From the NCBI GenBank assembly GCA_964255285.1, contig CAXUUL010000090.1:1-33844 (forward strand): a DNA stretch of 33,844 nucleotides, written 5' to 3'. This stretch comes from Ionaspis alba. Its lineage: Eukaryota. Of the stretch, positions 13,397-26,747 are shown piece by piece. Position 1 is the stretch's first letter; each line of letters opens with the position of its first letter. The position numbers and the translations under genes were made by a program. Below the pieces are notes generated by a model. That model made no database searches. It saw only the letters and a list, made by a program, of their open reading frames with translations, and was not told where the DNA came from.

Positions 13397-14397
13397 ATGG
13401 CGGTGGTGAAATACCACACCCGTAGAGCTGCTAAGATGGAGTAATCTTACACCAATGCATATTTGGTAAGTGGTGCTCTAGTGAGCGACGTCTCTATTGC
13501 CCACAACTAGTGCTAGGAGTGTAAGCTGCATGCTTACTAGAGACGAGGAACTAGAGAGGATAAAAAGGAAGCTTCTGACATTTTAGACACCCTCAAGAAG
13601 TCCGGTGTCATCTAACCGATGGTCGATAGAATAAGTGTGGACAGAGCACTGAAGCACTCAATCGCAAGGATAGATCCAGCGTGTACGCAATTTGCTGCCC
13701 TAACCGGAGGCCGCAAGCTATTCTTCCCAGAAGGAGGCTTAGAGGTACATGGCCTGTACATAAGAATCGGAGACAAATCGGTCGATCAGCTGTCGGCGAA
13801 GGAAGTTGTCACCTTGATGATGCTCAGCTCAAGGAACAGCTAGACTAAAAGCTCTACAAGCACCGGTCATTGCAGGATGTTCATGATCGTACGGTCTTGG
13901 GTTTTGGACATCTGACTCCGAGCGTCGTTGAAAGAGGCCAACGTAATAGGTACGCGGTACGGTCTGTTCCAATTAGAATGTCACCATGAGGTATACATAT
14001 TCGCACGATTGGTATCGCAAATCTTCATAATTGTGACAGAACTTTATTTTTCCTATCTGCGATTTCCAATAACAGCCTACATGCTTACATTCTCTCCTAC
14101 TCACCTAAAAGTACGTATCGAACATTTCACGAAATGAGTGTGTTTATATCCAAGACGAACATATCGTAGCCAAACTCTCAAACGCTATCGTATCCAATCT
14201 CATATACCAAAACACTGTCGCCACCTCCAGTCGCATTGATTTCGGCGCCGATCCAACGCCTCGCTATGGTCTAATACCCCAACCGTATCCAGTCATCCAA
14301 AACCATCCAGGAGTTGTTCTGAGCCATTCGATACCGAGCGTCGTACAAAGACTCAAATTTGTTCCAAGAACAAAGGTATAATACACTTCCGTAACAA

Positions 14398-16848
14398 TCA
14401 AAAGGTCTCCCAGAAAGCAGTCTGTTCATCTGAAAAGCTGTCGGTCCATCCATTACTCGTCTGGAAGCCAGCGTCGCCTTTACCAGGTCGCAGATCAAGG
14501 TCTCTTTCGAGGCCGGCTATTGACGTGGTATCAGCGGCGGTAGTGAAAGCTCCGAACAACAGGTCATCCTCCTGCGAGTCCATCTGGCATAGGTCGAAGC
14601 TATCAGACGACTTGGTGTTTTCCGAAGGAATGGTTGACTGGGTCGTACTCTCACTGCCGTCGGCAATACTGTCGAAGTCGAAGAATTTGGATGCCAGTGG
14701 GGAAGACGAGGAGATTTCCAATTCGGGAGGAGTCCCGTATCGGCTGTGCGCACCTCGAACCGGCGACGACAAGATTGGAAGGGTAACTCCGTCTTCTTCG
14801 AGAAGGCTGGTGACGGACCTGCGTTTTGGGGAAGGGCTCATAATTTCAGCTTTCGGCGTGTAAGATTGGAAGGACTGTTGAGGTGAGCCACGGTTGCCGG
14901 TACTGTATCCAGGAGAAGTCGGTGGAGTGAGTGAGAACATCTCTGGTGATATATTGAAACTGGCCAGCTCCATTGGTTGAAGCTCCACAAACGGACTTGG
15001 AGGAGACAAATCGACATCGTCGAAGAATTCAGGTGGACTGGGTAGAGAGTACTCGGACGACGCAGAGGTAGATGATGCGTATGCCTTCTTCTCGAGGATT
15101 CGTTTGCGAGTCTTGGCAGCCTTCTCAAGTCGCTCTTCTGTGTCTGGTCGACTCGCCTTTTTCGGCCTCCCGCGCTTGATCTCCTTTCTGGGTGTATCTG
15201 GGAAAGCCCCGCTGCAAACACCGCGCTGACGATGTCTTGTCAGAGCATCCTGTCGAGCGAAGCCATTGCCGCATGCACAAGCGAATGGCTTGTCGCCGCT
15301 GTGGATCTTGACGTGTCGCTTCAAGTCGTGTTGACGCACGAAGCATTTGCCACAATGAATGCAGCGAAATTGTCGATCGCCCAGATGTGTTTGCACGTGG
15401 GATTTGATGTTCTCCTTTCGGCTAAAGCGTCTTTCGCACTCAGGATAAAGACAGAGCCATTTATTCTGCTCATCAGGGCCCTGGATGAATGAAGCGATGT
15501 CATCACAGCTGACTCCCGTCTCCTCGATAGTTGCATCAGCCAAGTCAAGCGCGATATCAGGGACGGACTGTGACCTGGACATCGAGGTTTCTTTCGATGG
15601 GGAAGGGTAAGCTCTGAGATCGAGCGCACTACCGGAAGTGTTTGAGTGCGATAGGTGAGCAGCTGCAGAGAAGTCTGGCTTTGCCCCCAATTCGGGGAAC
15701 AGATCCATGTGCACAAGCTCTGGGGACGACTGGAATGACGACATCGCAGGAGATACTCGATTCGTCATTGGAGAATAATGGGAGGAGTCGTACTCGCTGT
15801 CCTGTGTGGTGAAGTCCATCTTGAATGCATCTGTAATGCCTGGTCGTGCACATGGACCAACGTCAAAAGTGCTTCTCTGAGGAAGTGGAACAGTGTTGGG
15901 TGGCGACTGCACACTTGGATGCTCCGAGATCTGCCTCGTGCCTTCAAATACGTCCTGGCACGACAAGCCTCTCTTCATAGATATAGTATGGGGTGCCTTG
16001 ATTGTCACATTACGATCTCGACGGATAGGAGAGGATTGCGCCGTACGACTGTACGGTATGTGCTGCACGTTGCCATCTCGACTGAATGGCGTGGTAGCCG
16101 GCGTCAGAGGGTAGTAGTCTAAGGTAAATTAGAACTGGTCAATGAGGATACAATGGTGTGGTCACATACTGGAGCTCATTTGGCTCGGAGGAGTGTGCGG
16201 TCGGTGAATCTCCATTATATTGGGCTGCACCGAATGCTTCCCTGAAGTTGGGTATGATCCAGTGATGTTCTGGATCTCGTCTGTCGTATCGTCCTCTGAA
16301 ATATCAACGTTGTTGCTCAAACTGTCTTTGGTACCATCGAGGCACTCTGAAGAGATATTTGTATCAAATGCTTGCAAAATGTTGAGCTCTGCGTTGTCGG
16401 ACGTTCCAAAATTCTCATATTGGGCATGTTGTTCATAGATATTGTCTTGGGGGATCTTTCCGTTCATCGCAGAAAGCTGACTGAGATCATTCTGAAATGT
16501 GGATTCTATATGACCTGAAAGTCGTTGTCGCTGAGTATCTGTCATCTTGTGGTACTGCTGCATTAGGTATTGGCCCGGCTGAGCCAGTCGTTGCGTCTGC
16601 GCTACTCGCATAAGGTGCTGTTCGTTTGGTCCTGTGTTAGTATATCTGCTTCCAGTGTCCTGCATAGAAATATATTTCTTTGGCTGAGTATATATTGGTC
16701 GATCCAAGCTAAGGCCTCGTCGATGTATACCAGTCGGTTGACCGTGGGTTGCAGGAAGAATAGGAACCTTCGAGGTGACGTTTGGTGTTGTTGGTGTTGA
16801 GTTCTGTCGCCTATGGTGGGGAAGGTTGGAAGGTTGTGTGGACAGCAT
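14398..16848 (-). CDS. ace2: C2H2 zinc-finger transcription factor, Ace2/Swi5-like
   Basis: Three fingers: CLYPECERRFSRKENIKSHVQTH, CIHCGKCFVRQHDLKRHVKIH and CACGNGFARQDALTRH. N-terminal HRRQNSTP/HRRGLS motifs. Intron 16119-16169 joins ORFs 16162..16848 and 14398..16068 in frame. Confidence 0.88.
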
Positions 16849-17641
16849 TTTAGATGCAAGTCGAGTTCGAATATAATGGGGTTGTCAAAGGGATAGAGGG
16901 GAGGTCCTTTGCGGTTCGAGACTGACACTCGATATCAGCTTGTGCTCGCATTAGGCGTGTATAAAAAATCAAGTCGAAGAATATACTGCGGCGTGCAATA
17001 GATGGGACATACCTCACGCAGCGCAGGCCGTTCGGCCGGGCAGTCCTTGTTACTGAGAGATCAACCAGTCAACGGCCGTGACGATTGATGTATCTGGAGA
17101 GATTTGGGCCTCTAAGGCTCTTTAAGTGAGGTCACCCCTAGCAGAAGCTCTTCCACGGATCGAAGCCTCCAATGGATTTAGAAAAAGGAAAAGATCAACG
17201 ATGTGTCAATGTAATGACCTATACGCCTGTAAGAGTGTGGTTTAATGTGTAAGTTGTGCGTGTAGAGGTGGAGAGATTTGAATTGAGATTGCGGAGAAGA
17301 GTTGAAGTTGAATTCACTTTGGATATCCGGTTGTGTGTTTAGCTCGCGTTGCGAGGGAAACCATAAGGCTGAAAGTGCCAGCCACCCATTTTCCCGCGCG
17401 TTTGCGCACGCGTTTCGATAGCGAGATCCATAGCTAGTGGATCAACTAGTGACCGTGCCGAAGCTTAGCTCCCACAATTCACACTTCGAATTTCCGCCAG
17501 CTTCCATTACAAGTTTGTCATCATCTGCCGTCAAGACAAAGAGTGAGTGTGATCTTCTATCCACGGCACGGGGTTGTGTCCCTCTAAGATTCACCGACTA
17601 ACACTCTGAAGTCTGTAGCAGCTGAGGATCTCACTCGCTGA

Positions 17642-18308
<667 letters not shown>

Positions 18309-18623
18309 TGCAGGATAGAGGACTTGGAAGGTGGACGAGGAGCGGACAGTCTTGCCTGAGAATATTCGAGATAGCATTTGCGTCATTTCAACGGCTAGTC
18401 AAATGCATTGCTCTCACGAAATGTTAGATCACTAAAGCAGCATCATGTGCTGTAAATGCCGAATGTATTGACTGTGGAGAATCTGATCCCATACCAAACG
18501 AAGAGTGTTCTATCCAAGATATATCGAAGGACGACCATTATGAAAAAAGCTTCCCTTCCTTCTATAACCAAAAATCATCGGTGTATGAAAAGCATAAGTC
18601 GAATGGTCGTGTACAACTCAGAG

Positions 18624-20197
<1,574 letters not shown>

Positions 20198-20712
20198 TTT
20201 CTTGTGGGTGTTGCTATTCGCCTCCAAGATCGGAAAATAAGAATCCAGCAAATGTAATGAGAGATAGAAATACGAAGCAATGCAGACAACCAAAGCGATG
20301 CAAGAGAAAGCGACCGGATGTCTAAGATACGCCACGGTGAATATATATTCAAGCCTCGACGGGGGCAGTACGCAAGAGTCAAACGTCACCGGAAGCCAAG
20401 ATCAGAAGAGCTACTCAGAACGAGAGACAAAGCTAGCCGTGGGATCATTCACGTGTTCCAACCGTACAAGTGAACAGCCATCAATGACAAAGACTTGATC
20501 ATCTTCACTGGAACAAGTTCTCAGTGTTTTTCGAAGGGTGTCGTTGGTGAAGAGCTGGCCATGGATCAGGAGGAAGATTTCCAGGGATCCCGATAGTCCA
20601 TCCTGGGTCGACTACCAAGCAAGCGTCTTGCGCACCTTTGTCAGGTGTATACCTTGGCTACTCTGAAAGACGTGTTGGCAAAGATGATGAGTATCATCTA
20701 TTTCGCTGCATT

Positions 20713-20922
20713 GATTAGTCGTCCACGTCACCCATCAAACGTGAGGCATTGCAGGTTCTTCGATGGANNNNNNNNNNNNNNNNNNNNNNNNNNNNNNNNN
20801 NNNNNNNNNNNNNNNNNNNNNNNNNNNNNNNNNNNNNNNNNNNNNNNNNNNNNNNNNNNNNNNNNNNGATTAGTCGTCCACGTCACCCATCAAACGTGAG
20901 GCATTGCAGGTTCTTCGATGGA
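20713..20922. other. Assembly gap flanked by an exact 55-nt duplication (false gap)
   Basis: 20713-20767 is identical to 20868-20922, on either side of 100 Ns. Confidence 0.9.
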
Positions 20923-20933
20923 CAGGTGCTTAC

Positions 20934-22760
20934 GAGTTATTTACATTTTCAAGGGACCCTGCAGGCGTGCAAAAGTGAATTCGCTAGCATTCTGGTACGA
21001 ACCAAGGTATTACAAGGCAACTCGTGCTAGGTTCACGCCATCTATTTGGGAATTCCGATAAGGTTTCTAGTGGATGGTAGAGTGACTCCTGGATGCAACT
21101 GTCTTGAAATGGTGGAAATGTTATGTTATCTATGTTACACCGCCCTCATCCACGGGCAAGCGACCAATTACCGACCAAGGCAGGTGAAAGTCTCAACTTT
21201 GGACCCGTCACGTGGTCATGTGAGCCATGGCGCTCCTCGACCAGATAAGGATTCCAAAAATGGAAGTAGGCCGTTGCCCCTCCACCCAAGTCCTCAGCCC
21301 CAAAGGAGCATGAAACTTCCTACGTGCGACAGCCTTGAGTTGTGCTTCAAGACAGCATGAGATCGGTGCCTGATACCATCATCCCAGCGGAAGCCCCCCA
21401 CCAGGTCCTTGCAAGATGAGATCATAAGAGCAGGATCTGTCGTGCCGGGATTGCTTGAGCTCGTGGGGCTGGTGCACTTGGATTGTCAAGAAAGGAGGGA
21501 AAGCTATGGTGTACCATGCTCAAAATATTGGGCAAATAGGTAGATGTGGCTGAGGGGTTGTTATATCGAACAGGTGAGAGCGACTTGCATGCTACCGCAT
21601 CCTCTTCGTTTGCACACCACAAGACCCTACGCACAAGTCCTAAGGTCATGAAGTCGCCGGTTAAATGATCGACCACGCAGGGATGGAGGACTGCGAGTGC
21701 CATTTTGCGTAGATCACTGGACTTTAGCATTCAGCTGCATCGCTCACCATCACATCCGGAGCTGCTGCCACTGTGATCGAGCACAAAGACTGGCCAGGGA
21801 CTGGATTTTGGCAAAGGTGGGCTGGGTAACTGGTTCGTTCACGTTCGTCCTTGGGGAAATGCCGCTAGTATCGATTTCAGCTAACGAAAGTGAAAGGAAG
21901 TATAAAGAAGGGATTTTGAGACAGTACAGCCATCTTAGGTGATCATTATTTGAATTCAGGCTGGGAGATAGCAAGATAGGCATCGTTCGTACAGAATATG
22001 AGTAGTCGGGAGTCCTGGGGAATGTCTCACCGCTCTTCAGCAGTAAACAAAGATTAGATGACGACGATAGACACGATTGCGGGAGAGAGGGTATGAGAGG
22101 TCAGGAGATGCCTGCGCTGAGAGAGAAACTAGGACAAGTAGGAGGAGGAAGAGTGAGAAGAGGCTATAGCAGCCGACCTGCGTCTTGATGAATTAATAGG
22201 AACCAGAGGGGGAGAGTAGGCAGCATGAATATACATACCACTTCCATGACAATCGAGTTTTGCAGTCGATCTCCTGTGTGGAAGACCCGGAGATTTAGGA
22301 CTTTTGCGGCCAAGACGGTTGTTGATAGATAGAGGCTTGCGTATGGCGCGTACTACCACACTTGACACCACAAGCCCAAGCATAGTGTCGTCCAAGGAGA
22401 ATAAGACAGGGGCAATGTATAATCTTCAATCATTGAAACACCTTCATTTTCGTGACTGTTCCTGATGCCGCCAACTACCTAACGAAAGTCAAGACAGCAC
22501 GTTCCACAGCTCTGGAAGCGGAGCAGACTCTTGACTCCGACTCCTATCATAGAAATAATTTCGGAGAAATAACAATGATATCGATACGAGGTCTCGAGAT
22601 GTATACAGCAAGACAGTCGCAAGAGTTTTAGCTGCGGGTTCACCGGTGTCATACCATTCTACGCCTAATTGAGGTTAGGGTGTAAAGATCGCGAGAATGC
22701 ATCACGTCGTCCGTGGATTTCTCGTGTTTGCTCGCCCAGGCAAGTGCCAGATTCATAAGA
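20934..22760 (-). ncRNA. Candidate telomerase RNA (TER/TR); boundaries approximate
   Basis: Template-like ACCCUAACC at 22681-22673 with a hairpin just 5' of it. Several stems need G-U pairs that work only on the - strand. Sm-like AUUUUUGG at 21261-21254 and a downstream intron starting at 20933. No convincing ORF. The pseudoknot and CR4/5 are not firmly identified. Confidence 0.3.
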
Positions 22761-22922
22761 AGATTACAACGGACAGCTCAACACGATAGGTTGCTACCAC
22801 AGTGGACCTTCTTTTTATCTATCGGGGACCGCCAATCTGCCATGGTCATGGCTTGAGGTTTCAAACGCTCGAATCTCCCATTCAAGCTTCCATTCTCTCC
22901 AGTATCGCCCACGCCAAGTAAG

Positions 22923-24290
22923 ATGGCCGACACACTGCACAATGCGCCGATCGTGTTGGACAATGGTAGTGGAACGATAAGAGCTGGCTTTGCTGGAGAA
23001 GATCTCCCCAAATGCTACTTTCCTTCATTTGTCGGCAGGCCGAAACACCTCAGAGTGCTGGCAGGGGCATTAGAGGGAGATGTCTTTATCGGGCAGAAGG
23101 CACAAGAACTGAGAGGATTACTGAAAATACGGTATCCTCTAGAGCATGGGATTGTGACAGACTGGGATGACATGGAAAGGATATGGCAATTCGTGTACAC
23201 AGAGGAGTTGAAGACGCTCAGTGAGGAGGTATGGCTACCCGATACCGTTGATTTCTGCTCTTCCTCAACTATGCCGACCTCCGCAGTCGTACCTGTAGCT
23301 TTACTGACAAACCAACCGTTGTGTATCTAACAGCACCCAGTTCTGCTTACAGAAGCCCCTCTAAATCCAAGGGCAAACAGAGATACCGCTGCCCAGATCC
23401 TCTTCGAGACATTTAACGTTCCCGCCCTTTTCACGTCCATACAAGCTGTTCTATCACTATATGCCTCGGGTCGAACAACTGGGATTGTGCTCGACGCTGG
23501 CGATGGTGTTTCACATGCTGTGCCTGTATACGAGGGTTTCGCGATGCCCAGTAGCATACGGAGAATAGATGTTGCAGGGCGAGATGTCACAGAGTACATG
23601 CAATTGTTACTACGGAAAAGTGGATATGTGTTCCATACCAGTGCTGAGAAGGAAGTGGTGAGGATGATTAAGGAGAAGACTGGCTTCGTGGCGTTGGACC
23701 CTAAGAAGGAAGAAAAGGAATGGTCGGCGAACGCAGGGAGAGCGGACTCGAAGATGGTGGAGTACGTGCTTCCTGACGGCAATAAGGTGAAGGTGAGCTG
23801 GCGTTAAGGATGACTTCTTAGGACGTGACTGACAACAGTCAAAAGGTCGGAGCGGAACGGTTCCGAGCACCTGAAATCCTTTTCGATCCAGAGATCATTG
23901 GCCTCGAGTATCCCGGAATCCATCAAATTGTCGTCGATGCCATCAACCGGACTGACATGGATCTCCGAAAGTCCTTGTTCGGCAACATCGTCCTTTCAGG
24001 AGGGTCAACGCTCACCAAAGGATTTGGTGATCGATTACTTCATGAAGTCCAAAGATTGGCTGTCAAGGACATGAGGATCAAGATATTTGCACCGCCGGAG
24101 CGGAAGTATAGTACATGGATAGGTGGAAGCATCTTGGCCGGACTCAGCACTTTCAGGAAGGTCAGTACCGTGACTTTCTTCGCGAGACGAAACCAACGTG
24201 AAAACGTCGCTGACCTGATTCGCGTAGATGTGGGTGAGCATAGATGACTGGCATGAGAATCCAGATGTCATTCACACCAAATTCACCTGA
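22923..24290 (+). CDS. ARP1: Actin-related protein 1 (centractin, dynactin subunit)
   Basis: [47 protein letters not shown] and [17 protein letters not shown]. Introns 23229-23333, 23794-23845 and 24161-24227. Ends HTKFT*. Confidence 0.95.
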
Positions 24291-24908
24291 GCAAGGGCAA
24301 GATCCAGCCGTTCCAGCGCCTGGACTAGACCGCGGGTTGTACTACATCTCTACTCATGTTCCGCAAGGTCGTGTTCCCATCTCTTCAGCGTCGTTGTCTG
24401 AGCACAAGAAGGATATACCCCCAAATGGCGTTGGTCTGTTTCCCCGCAAAATGGCGTCTAGCTTGGAAGACTTCTGGAAGCTTTAGACCGCTACTACTAC
24501 TACTTCATCTGACGCATCGCAGCGCACTACTGCTAGATGCGCGCAAGTACAAAACCCGTACCACTGTTCCTGATCGCCTGCTCTCTCTTCCAGCGATCCT
24601 TTGCCCGAGGGGAAAGCTACCTTGTGGTAAGCTAGAGACCTGATGAGGATTGGGTCTGGATGTCATACTCGTAGTTACCTTGGTTACAGTTTAATCAAAG
24701 AGCTTAAGGAACGGGTTATTTTAATGTAAGAGGGAAGACATCGAGATTGCTTTGCATGGAACGACCATACTCTCTACTATCGATGGCTCGTCCAAATTGT
24801 GTCTCTTTTTCCACTCCTTGTCTCCCATTTCCGGGCCTTCCATCACATCAGATCTGACCGTCATCGCGCCACCGAGCAAACGAATGCTCCGTCCGTCCCT
24901 CAATAACT

Positions 24909-24958
24909 ATTACCCCCATAAAACCTTCCCCTCCCAATATCCATTACCCCCATAAAAC
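24909..24958. repeat. 16-nt perfect direct repeat ATTACCCCCATAAAAC (2 copies)
   Basis: Copies at 24909-24924 and 24943-24958, in the intergenic DNA upstream of the GRGGAGN-repeat gene. Confidence 0.8.
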
Positions 24959-25749
24959 TGCGAGTGCCCCTCTGTTGCAAGAAAAGCGGTGTTAGTGGTG
25001 CCGTCAGCTGCCTTGTGTCCCGGGCGCCAACACGGGCGAACAAGGTCTCCCCGTTGCTCGTGGTAGAAGCGAGTGGTTTCCAGTATTTCGATTACGTTAC
25101 ACCTCATCTCGAGTGCGCATCAGGTGCAGCCAAAAGCGGCGGGTGAAAATTTGCGAAATTATGGAGAATAACCGAAGGAAAGCGAGGCATCGAGTGGATG
25201 ACGTGAGCTATCGTGCCCCGTCACGCCCTCATTCTTCGAGAATTTGCTGGAAAGCAACAGTGCCGAGCATGGGCTGTCTGAGTCATCAGTTTTTTATTTC
25301 GCATGCCGCTTTGAAATGACGCCCTGACTTTAGGTTCTCGAGGGTCGTTCTCACCGGTGTGTTACGCCTCTGTTGCCCGTTAACTGCAAAGCGCGTTGGT
25401 CGGGCCAAGGTCCAGAGGCAGTGGTAGGGCGGCTGAGGGTGAGTGCGTGACTTGAAGACTTCAGTTAACGGCATAGTTTGTTGCATCGTCAATATTGGCT
25501 ATGTTGTTGCGTGGTCATTGTCCCAGCCGCTGAGGCGAAGGGGGCCCAGGTGGGTATAAGAAGATCTCTTCAGTCAATTTTCTCAACGACGTGTTCCCAT
25601 TTCTTCAGATACATAAGTAGATCTGTCAAACCAATTCTCTCACTGCTATTACTATCATTCCAGCTTCCTTTCACAACCAAGCGACCGAGCATTCAAGCAA
25701 GCACCCAATCAAACAAACCCTTCCCACCTCCATACCACCAAAACAAGAA

Positions 25750-26220
25750 ATGCCTTTCCACCTCACAGAACCCCACCCATCGGCCCCATCCTACATTCAG
25801 ACTGGCCGTGGCGGCGCAGGCAACTACCACTCCACGAAATCCACCCCACTCACAGCCCACGGCGCAACCTACACCTACCCAAGCGCAGCATCCATCCCTC
25901 ATCCGCCAACCACCAGCAAGCACTTCACCTCCGGCAGAGGCGGAGCCGGCAACGTCCACCAAGCATCCGAGCGGGCCATCTTCAGCTTCGATGAGGAACT
26001 CGAGCGCCTGAGAAGAGGCGACGAGGGCATTGCGCCAGTCTACCACATCGGCCGAGGAGGCGCGGGCAATCTCGTCGATGATCGCAGGCCTAGCGCTCTG
26101 ACTCGGCGAACTGGTTCCATTGCTTCCAGCGACAGCGAAAACAGCGAGAGAGGCACTGGGAGGAAGAGCATCGACTGGGTTCGTCAAAGACTTGGACGCA
26201 ACTCCAGCTCGAGCTCTTGA
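25750..26220 (+). CDS. Small disordered protein with three GRGGAGN repeats (DUF3602-type)
   Basis: Single-exon 156-aa ORF with TGRGGAGN, SGRGGAGN, IGRGGAGN and ERAIFSFDEELE. A-rich start context (AAGAA ATG) and TATAAG near 25555. Confidence 0.85.
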   Translation: MPFHLTEPHPSAPSYIQTGRGGAGNYHSTKSTPLTAHGATYTYPSAASIPHPPTTSKHFTSGRGGAGNVHQASERAIFSFDEELERLRRGDEGIAPVYHIGRGGAGNLVDDRRPSALTRRTGSIASSDSENSERGTGRKSIDWVRQRLGRNSSSSS

Positions 26221-26747
26221 GTGCTACGTCTGGTCATGCGCTTCCCGAGCTCATGCGGAGGAGCCGACCTGACTTCCTCATGATTATAACGATTTCCTTC
26301 ACCACTACATCGGCGTCGTCTTCGGTATTGGGCGGCAAAAGTCTTATTTGCAACTTTTTATATGGCATCACTGGCCGTTTCGGAGCGGGTATAAGGGAGG
26401 AAAAGCATTTGCGTCGTCAGCGGGTTTTTGCTTTGCGTTGTCTTCTCTTTGTTGTCACAACGAATCTCGGGGCTGGATCCCGGTGAGCACCGTCACGGAG
26501 TTTCACTGCGGAGATTCCATCAAAGATACCCCCCAATCTGCGATTGCTAGTGCTTGCTTGGATTCACAGTCTACTCTTATATTATCATGGCGGCTTGTAT
26601 ATAGCTTAATAAATGGCTGTCCATCCTCCTTGTAAAATGGAAGTGGTTACTGAGAATCATCCTCGTGAGTATATCATTTGCCTTCGTGATGTTCCTTCAC
26701 GCATTCGTGGCGTCTTGACAACTCAACGTCTCCCCATTTTCTACTTC

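Noticed and set aside
21046..22395. Short ORFs (77-104 aa) in the chitinase-ARP1 interval
   Set aside because: No recognisable motifs, mostly non-ATG starts, and no consistent exon chain; treated as chance ORFs.
21881..22489. 11-nt direct repeat CTAACGAAAGT (21881 and 22479)
   Set aside because: One 11-mer match within about 2.5 kb is close to chance expectation.
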